Assembly (NCBI GenBank): GCA_964478905.1
Contig: CAYZJZ010000004.1
Coordinates: 1-20,692, forward strand
Reading direction: 5' to 3'
DNA: 20,692 nt
Source of the DNA: an uncultured Eubacteriales bacterium
GTDB lineage: Bacteria; Bacillota; Clostridia; TANB77; RGIG9151
Shown: positions 16,849 through 20,692 of the stretch, piece by piece
Layout of the letters: every line of letters starts with the position of its first letter
Position numbering within the stretch: the first letter of the stretch is position 1
Made by a program: the position numbers and the translations under genes
The notes under the pieces: generated by a model
The model's database searches: none
Told to the model about the DNA's origin: nothing
Seen by the model: the letters and a program-made list of their open reading frames with translations, nothing else

Positions 16849-17419
16849 ATATACCAGTTCCTATACCCTGAATTTCCGAAATATTTCTATTTAATTCTTT
16901 ATATAAATTATTTATTATGTAAAAGTTATCTTCAGCTAAATCCACAACTTCATTTCCGCACTTTTCCAACGCAATTTTTATCTTCAAAGTTTTCTCTTTT
17001 AAATCTTCACACGCCATATCTCTTGAAATCTTTTTATTACCATTTACCTCAGCAAAGAAAACAACAAAAAACTTACGCGTAATTGTATTTTTTAACGTTT
17101 TCTCATTTACCATTTTTACATATTCATTTCCAAGGAACTTTAACGTATCAGAATTTTCGCTTTCAATATTTTTTAAAACACTAGAAATATGAGCATCTAA
17201 ATCGTTTTTCTTACTTTTAATTAAAATTTGTATTGTAAAATTACAAGTTTTCAAAAAAGTCTTATACGAATACAAAATAGTTTCCTTTTCCTCAATAGAC
17301 TTCAACTCAAAATTTATAGGTAATATTTCAAGTATCTTTAAAAATTCACCATTTTTGTTTTCTATAATTCCATTACTTATATTTTTTATAGGAAACCAAC
17401 TTTTTATAGATTTTCTCAT
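16838..17419 (-). CDS. VirB4 N-terminal-domain-like protein (193 aa), encoded separately
   Basis: WFPIKNISNGIIENKNGEFLKILEILPINFELKSIEEKETILYSYKTFLKTCNFTIQILIKS parallels the N-terminal region of Tn916 Orf16-type VirB4 proteins (IPY..v..nGmIe...g.fsk...l.d.NF...s.deQe.if..y..fLn). The ATG at 17419 follows GGAGG. It overlaps the next gene by 11 nt. Confidence 0.6.
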   Translation of the reverse strand: MRKSIKSWFPIKNISNGIIENKNGEFLKILEILPINFELKSIEEKETILYSYKTFLKTCNFTIQILIKSKKNDLDAHISSVLKNIESENSDTLKFLGNEYVKMVNEKTLKNTITRKFFVVFFAEVNGNKKISRDMACEDLKEKTLKIKIALEKCGNEVVDLAEDNFYIINNLYKELNRNISEIQGIGTGIYEK

Positions 17420-17723
17420 TTTTATCCTCCGTTTTTCTATACACATATACCCTTTCTTTTATAAAAAACTTAATAGCATATTTCATAATATCCATCATAT
17501 TTTCGCCATTTATCCCAACAAACATAAAAATAGCAGGAAACAAAGTAAATATCAAAAAAATACACACTTTTATTTTTATATTAATTTCAATCGCCTTTAG
17601 CAAATAAAAAGCACAGCTCCCTAAAATACCAATAACAAAAATCGCCCTGTAATCAAAAACTCCTAAAAATTTTTCTTTCTTATTATAATTTTGCGGAAAA
17701 AAATATACCTTTTCTTCTTTCAT
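17373..17723 (-). CDS. PrgI-family (VirB3-like) small membrane protein, 116 aa
   Basis: From the ATG at 17723 (RBS GGAAGTGA): a short polar N-terminus FPQNYNKKEKFLGVFDYRAIF, then two TM helices, then GINGENMMDIMKYAIKFFIKERVYVY. This is the same layout as the PrgI/Orf17-type proteins that precede VirB4 in Gram-positive T4SS loci. Confidence 0.65.
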   Translation of the reverse strand: MKEEKVYFFPQNYNKKEKFLGVFDYRAIFVIGILGSCAFYLLKAIEINIKIKVCIFLIFTLFPAIFMFVGINGENMMDIMKYAIKFFIKERVYVYRKTEDKNEKIYKKLVSYKKYK

Positions 17724-17849
17724 TTTTATCACTTCCAACAAAATTTTACACAAAACAGAAGTCATATTCTGTCGAAGTTTGTCGTGGACTTGAAATTTTT
17801 TTGTTGCCATTCGAATTTACTTATTTTTTTATTTGCATGCTTTTTTAAA

Positions 17850-17878
17850 TTGACAAACTCTGCTACAATAGATAAAAT
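17850..17878 (+). promoter_or_regulatory. Near-consensus sigma-A promoter
   Basis: -35 TTGACA (17850-17855), an exact 17-nt spacer, and -10 TAAAAT (17873-17878). It drives the 31-codon ORF and probably the FAD oxidoreductase gene. Confidence 0.55.
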
Positions 17879-17911
17879 ATAGTGTAAATAGAAAATAAGG
17901 AGTGATTTTGC

Positions 17912-18007
17912 ATGGCATATTATTTTAGTGAACCATCAAGAACTTTTAGTGAATATTTACTTGTTCCAAACTTAACTACACGTGAGTGTACACCGGATAA
18001 AATTTAA
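17912..18007 (+). pseudogene. 31-codon N-terminal remnant of an IMP dehydrogenase/GMP reductase-family gene (MAYYFSEPSRTFSEYLLVPNLTTRECTPDKI)
   Basis: RBS AAGGAGTGA lies 6 nt upstream of the ATG at 17912. TFSEYLLVP mirrors the conserved N-terminal (L)TF(D/S)(D/E)(V/Y)LL(V/I)P motif of IMPDH-family proteins. The frame stops after 31 codons with no IMPDH-like coding sequence downstream. Confidence 0.5.
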
Positions 18008-18072
18008 AACAAGTAGCTATAGAACTCACGATGTAATTTTAAAAAATGAAAATATTTAGGAGAGTGTAATTA

Positions 18073-19461
18073 ATGAACAAACATTATGATGTTGCAATTA
18101 TCGGTGCCGGTATATCCGGTATAATGACCGCTTATGAATTAGCGGAAAATTCGTCAAATTTAGATATTGCTCTACTTGAGCAAGGAAAAAGCATTTACAA
18201 ACGTGCTTGCCCTATTATCGAAGGAAAAGTTAAAGAATGTGTAAATTGCCCAGCTTGTAGTATAATGAAAGGATTTGGCGGTGCAGGTAATTTCTCTGAC
18301 GGAAAATACAACTTTACAACTGCATTTGGTGGTTGGTTCAATGAGTATTTACCTGACAAAGAAGTTATGGAATTAATCAACTATGTTGATGAAGTAAATA
18401 TGAAATTCGGCGCTACTGAGGAAACTTATTCAACAAGTACTCCGGAAGCTTTAAAAATTGAAAAAATGGCGTTAGAACACGACTTACATTTACTACACGC
18501 AAAAGTAAAACATCTAGGAACAGAAAATAATCTTCAAATACTAAAAAATATGTATGACTACTTAGAAAATAAAGTTCAAATTGAGTCTGACTGTAACGTA
18601 AAAAACATCCACATTCGTGAAGATGGTTCATATGATTTAGAAATCTCAGATGGACAAACGTTAAATTGTACATATTTAGTAGTTGCGCCTGGACGTGCCG
18701 GAGCTGAATGGTTCTCTAATCAATGTAAAAATCTTGATATTCCACTACTTAATAACCAAGTAGACATTGGTGTACGTGTAGAAATTCCTGCTAAAGTTTT
18801 TGAGCACATAACAAATGCAGTTTATGAATCAAAATTAGTATACAGAACAAAATGTCACGGAGATAAAATACGTACTTTCTGTATGAATCCTTACGGTCAT
18901 GTAGTTACTGAAAACGTAGACGGACTTATGACAGTAAACGGTCACAGCTATTCCGACCCGGCACTCAGAAGTGAAAATACAAACTTTGCGTTACTTGTAA
19001 GCAGTCGTTTCACAAAGCCGTTTAATGACCCTTATCAATACGGGAAAAGAATTGCATCGCTTTCTAACTTACTTGGCGGAGGAATTCTTGTTCAAAGATT
19101 CGGTGATTTAGTAAAAGGAAATAGAACAAACGAACACAGACTAAGTCAAAGTTTCGTAAATCCGACATTAAATGCGACACCTGGAGACTTAAGCTTAGTA
19201 ATTCCAAAAAGACAGTTAGACGATATAATAGAAATGATTTATGCATTAGATAAAATTGCTCCGGGTATGGCTAACTACGATACACTATTATACGGAGTTG
19301 AAGTAAAATTTTATAGTGCAAAACCTGAATTAACAAATGAACTTGAAACAAAGTACAAGAATATGTTTGCAATAGGAGACGGTGCCGGAGTAACAAGAGG
19401 TTTAGCTCAAGCCGCCGCAACCGGAATCCACGTTGCAAGGTGTATATTAAAGAGAGCCTAA
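18073..19461 (+). CDS. FAD-dependent oxidoreductase (COG2509-like, with an N-terminal Cys cluster)
   Basis: Dinucleotide-binding YDVAIIGAGISGIMTAYEL. Cys cluster CPIIEGKVKECVNCPAC. C-terminal GDGAGVTRGLAQAAATG. RBS AGGAGAG. Confidence 0.8.
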   Translation: MNKHYDVAIIGAGISGIMTAYELAENSSNLDIALLEQGKSIYKRACPIIEGKVKECVNCPACSIMKGFGGAGNFSDGKYNFTTAFGGWFNEYLPDKEVMELINYVDEVNMKFGATEETYSTSTPEALKIEKMALEHDLHLLHAKVKHLGTENNLQILKNMYDYLENKVQIESDCNVKNIHIREDGSYDLEISDGQTLNCTYLVVAPGRAGAEWFSNQCKNLDIPLLNNQVDIGVRVEIPAKVFEHITNAVYESKLVYRTKCHGDKIRTFCMNPYGHVVTENVDGLMTVNGHSYSDPALRSENTNFALLVSSRFTKPFNDPYQYGKRIASLSNLLGGGILVQRFGDLVKGNRTNEHRLSQSFVNPTLNATPGDLSLVIPKRQLDDIIEMIYALDKIAPGMANYDTLLYGVEVKFYSAKPELTNELETKYKNMFAIGDGAGVTRGLAQAAATGIHVARCILKRA

Positions 19462-19474
19462 GGCTCTCTTTTTC
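19451..19474 (+). terminator. Rho-independent terminator overlapping the stop codon of the FAD oxidoreductase gene
   Basis: AGAGAGCC (19451-19458) pairs with GGCTCTCT (19462-19469) around the loop TAA, followed by a T-run. Confidence 0.6.
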
Positions 19475-19496
19475 AATTCAACAAACTTATTAATAA

Positions 19497-19988
19497 TTAT
19501 TTACTTATTCCGCTACTTCCAAATCCACCGCCACGGTTTACTCCCTCATTTTCAACCGACTCAACCTTTACCCAATTAATCGTAGGAACTTCTTGTAGTA
19601 CAAATTGAGCCACTCTATCGCCTTTATTAATCTTATATGTACCTTGCCTATTCCCCTTATCAGACAAAGAAAAAATTCCATCATCCGTAATCGAAGAATT
19701 ATGCATTATAACGCAAACCTCATCTCTATATCCAGAGTCAATAGTTCCCGGCGAATTAGGTACTCTCATAGGTGTTTTAAGCGAAATACCACTACGCGGT
19801 CTAACTTGAATTTCATATCCCACAGGAATTGCAACCTTTAGTCCTGTCGGAACAGCCACAGTTTCTCCGGGCTTTATCTCTAAATCAACAGCTGAGCGTA
19901 CATCCATTCCTGCATCTCCAACATTAGCGTAACTAGGTAACTCTATTCCCTCTCTACAAGTTTCTATCATCACATCAACGTTCTTCAT
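19497..19988 (-). CDS. dut: dUTP diphosphatase (trimeric dUTPase)
   Basis: Contains the five dUTPase motifs: GDAGMDV, RSGISLK, PGTIDSGYRDE, GDRVAQ and RGGGFGSSG. RBS AGGAGG. Confidence 0.93.
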   Translation of the reverse strand: MKNVDVMIETCREGIELPSYANVGDAGMDVRSAVDLEIKPGETVAVPTGLKVAIPVGYEIQVRPRSGISLKTPMRVPNSPGTIDSGYRDEVCVIMHNSSITDDGIFSLSDKGNRQGTYKINKGDRVAQFVLQEVPTINWVKVESVENEGVNRGGGFGSSGISK

Positions 19989-19999
19989 AAAAATCCTCC

Positions 20000-20692
20000 T
20001 TAAATTAAAATAGCTCCTATTTGATTTATTATCAATAAAATAGCTCCTTGCATGTATAATGAAAAATACATAAACGAAGTAATAGAATAAATTTCTCCTT
20101 CTACTTTATTAATAAAATCATTAAGGCTCTTTTCATCTACTTTATCTTTCAAAAAATCATATGCAACCTTAGGCGCACGGTATGTAGCATCACTTTCGGT
20201 TATAACTTTCAACATAAAAGTTATTACAAATATAAAAATTTGAATAAGTAAAAGCGTTAATCTCACACTTTCTCGCTTATCATAAAAGAAATAAAGAAAA
20301 GTTCCTAAAAAGTACAAAATATTTATATTAGAAAAAACAAAATGTAACTTTAAAATTCGCTTATCTTGAATACTGTGAACACACTCATGGCATATTTGAA
20401 TAAGCCTTGAACAATCTTTTAAATCTTTAGTATTTTTTATAACAATTTTGTCACTATTTACATTATAAAAACTAGTTTTTTCATTTTCCTCTTTATTTTT
20501 TTCTACACTTGTAGTATAATTATTAAGTTGTTGTAAAACACTAGTGGTAATTACTTGATTATCTCCTAATTTTTCAACTATAGGAGAAATAGTTTCATCA
20601 TATATAACCTCATTCCCATTAGTTTTTTTATAACATATCCAAAACAGGATAGCCGTGCAAAGTATAGAGCTTAATACTAAAATATAATACAT
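20000..20692 (-). CDS. Membrane protein with an HExxH motif (putative zinc metallopeptidase-like); its start coincides with the window edge
   Basis: N-terminal TM anchor, CHECVHSIQ (HExxH), and then 3-4 TM helices. It lies 11 nt upstream of dut on the same strand. The upstream region is not visible, so the start is unverified. Confidence 0.55.
   Translation of the reverse strand: MYYILVLSSILCTAILFWICYKKTNGNEVIYDETISPIVEKLGDNQVITTSVLQQLNNYTTSVEKNKEENEKTSFYNVNSDKIVIKNTKDLKDCSRLIQICHECVHSIQDKRILKLHFVFSNINILYFLGTFLYFFYDKRESVRLTLLLIQIFIFVITFMLKVITESDATYRAPKVAYDFLKDKVDEKSLNDFINKVEGEIYSITSFMYFSLYMQGAILLIINQIGAILI

Noticed and set aside
10038-17810. Interpreting the cluster as an ordinary integrative conjugative element or conjugative plasmid segment
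   Set aside because: Only the PrgI-like and VirB4-like parts are conjugation-related. I could not recognise a relaxase, FtsK/VirD4-type coupling protein, VirB6-like large polytopic protein, CHAP/NlpC-P60/lytic transglycosylase, integrase, recombinase, oriT-like repeats or flanking direct repeats in the window. A decayed ICE remnant remains the main alternative hypothesis and is stated in the finding.
10038-17810. A base-composition (GC) island marking horizontal acquisition of the cluster
   Set aside because: Hand counts of a few 60-nt lines gave about 18-25% GC in the PrgI/VirB4 part. The AAA+ gene gave about 40%. Flanking housekeeping genes ranged from about 23% (rimO) to about 50% (murA). 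This is too heterogeneous and too sparsely sampled to support any claim; it needs a sliding-window GC and codon-usage computation.
17981-18030. 7-bp inverted repeat CGTGAGT / ACTCACG spanning the end of the IMPDH-like stub
   Set aside because: The arms are short and separated by 36 nt, with no following U-tract, so it is compatible with chance. It might mark the recombination joint, but that cannot be supported from one sequence.
535-19841. Antisense 'shadow' ORFs nested inside larger genes (535-720, 1013-1204, 2587-2784, 4666-5094, 5551-5766, 7350-7634, 10153-10413, 13025-13513, 16193-16432, 17355-17600, 17691-17882, 18195-18380, 18413-18673, 19064-19246, 19605-19841)
   Set aside because: Each lies wholly opposite a gene with clear family motifs. 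None has a convincing RBS, and their translations are low-complexity (Ile/Phe/Ser/Leu/Asn-rich), as expected from reading AT-rich coding DNA backwards.
1-20692. CRISPR arrays, tRNA/rRNA genes, IS elements or long non-coding tandem repeats
   Set aside because: No regularly spaced direct repeats, cloverleaf-compatible GC-rich segments, transposase-like ORFs or terminal inverted repeats were noticed. The only repeat structure seen is the intragenic triplication of the AAA+ module.

Overview
AT-rich, low-GC Firmicutes-type (probably clostridial, spore-forming) chromosomal window. Most of it is ordinary housekeeping. On the minus strand there is a cell-wall/translation operon: rimO, an alpha/beta hydrolase, a membrane-anchored MurF-like Mur ligase and ddl. 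On the plus strand there is an operon of a processive GT2 glycosyltransferase, MgtC, murA and a yycJ-like MBL hydrolase. Also present are a small Coat-F-type spore coat gene pair, a COG2509-type FAD oxidoreductase, dut and an HExxH membrane protein. The unusual part is a co-directional minus-strand cluster at about 10.0-17.8 kb. It encodes a PrgI/VirB3-like small membrane protein, a free-standing VirB4 N-domain-like protein and a VirB4/TrsE-like ATPase. These are followed by a 1293-aa protein with an N-terminal zinc ribbon, a degenerate Clp-like AAA domain and three tandem CbbX/SpoVK/EccA-type AAA+ modules, then an SLH-only wall-binding protein translationally coupled to a small polytopic membrane protein. 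No relaxase, coupling protein, VirB6-like channel protein, cell-wall hydrolase, integrase or transposase is visible. It therefore does not look like a conventional conjugative element and is my best candidate for an undescribed ATPase-driven envelope or translocation system. Smaller observations: an unannotated 23-aa hydrophobic peptide gene with its own promoter and terminator and a facing antisense promoter (67-251); a 31-codon remnant of an IMPDH-family gene that keeps an excellent promoter and RBS (17850-18007); and an atypical Ddl/MurF pair. No rRNA, tRNA, CRISPR array or transposase was recognised. All calls come from reading motifs by eye; no searches were run.
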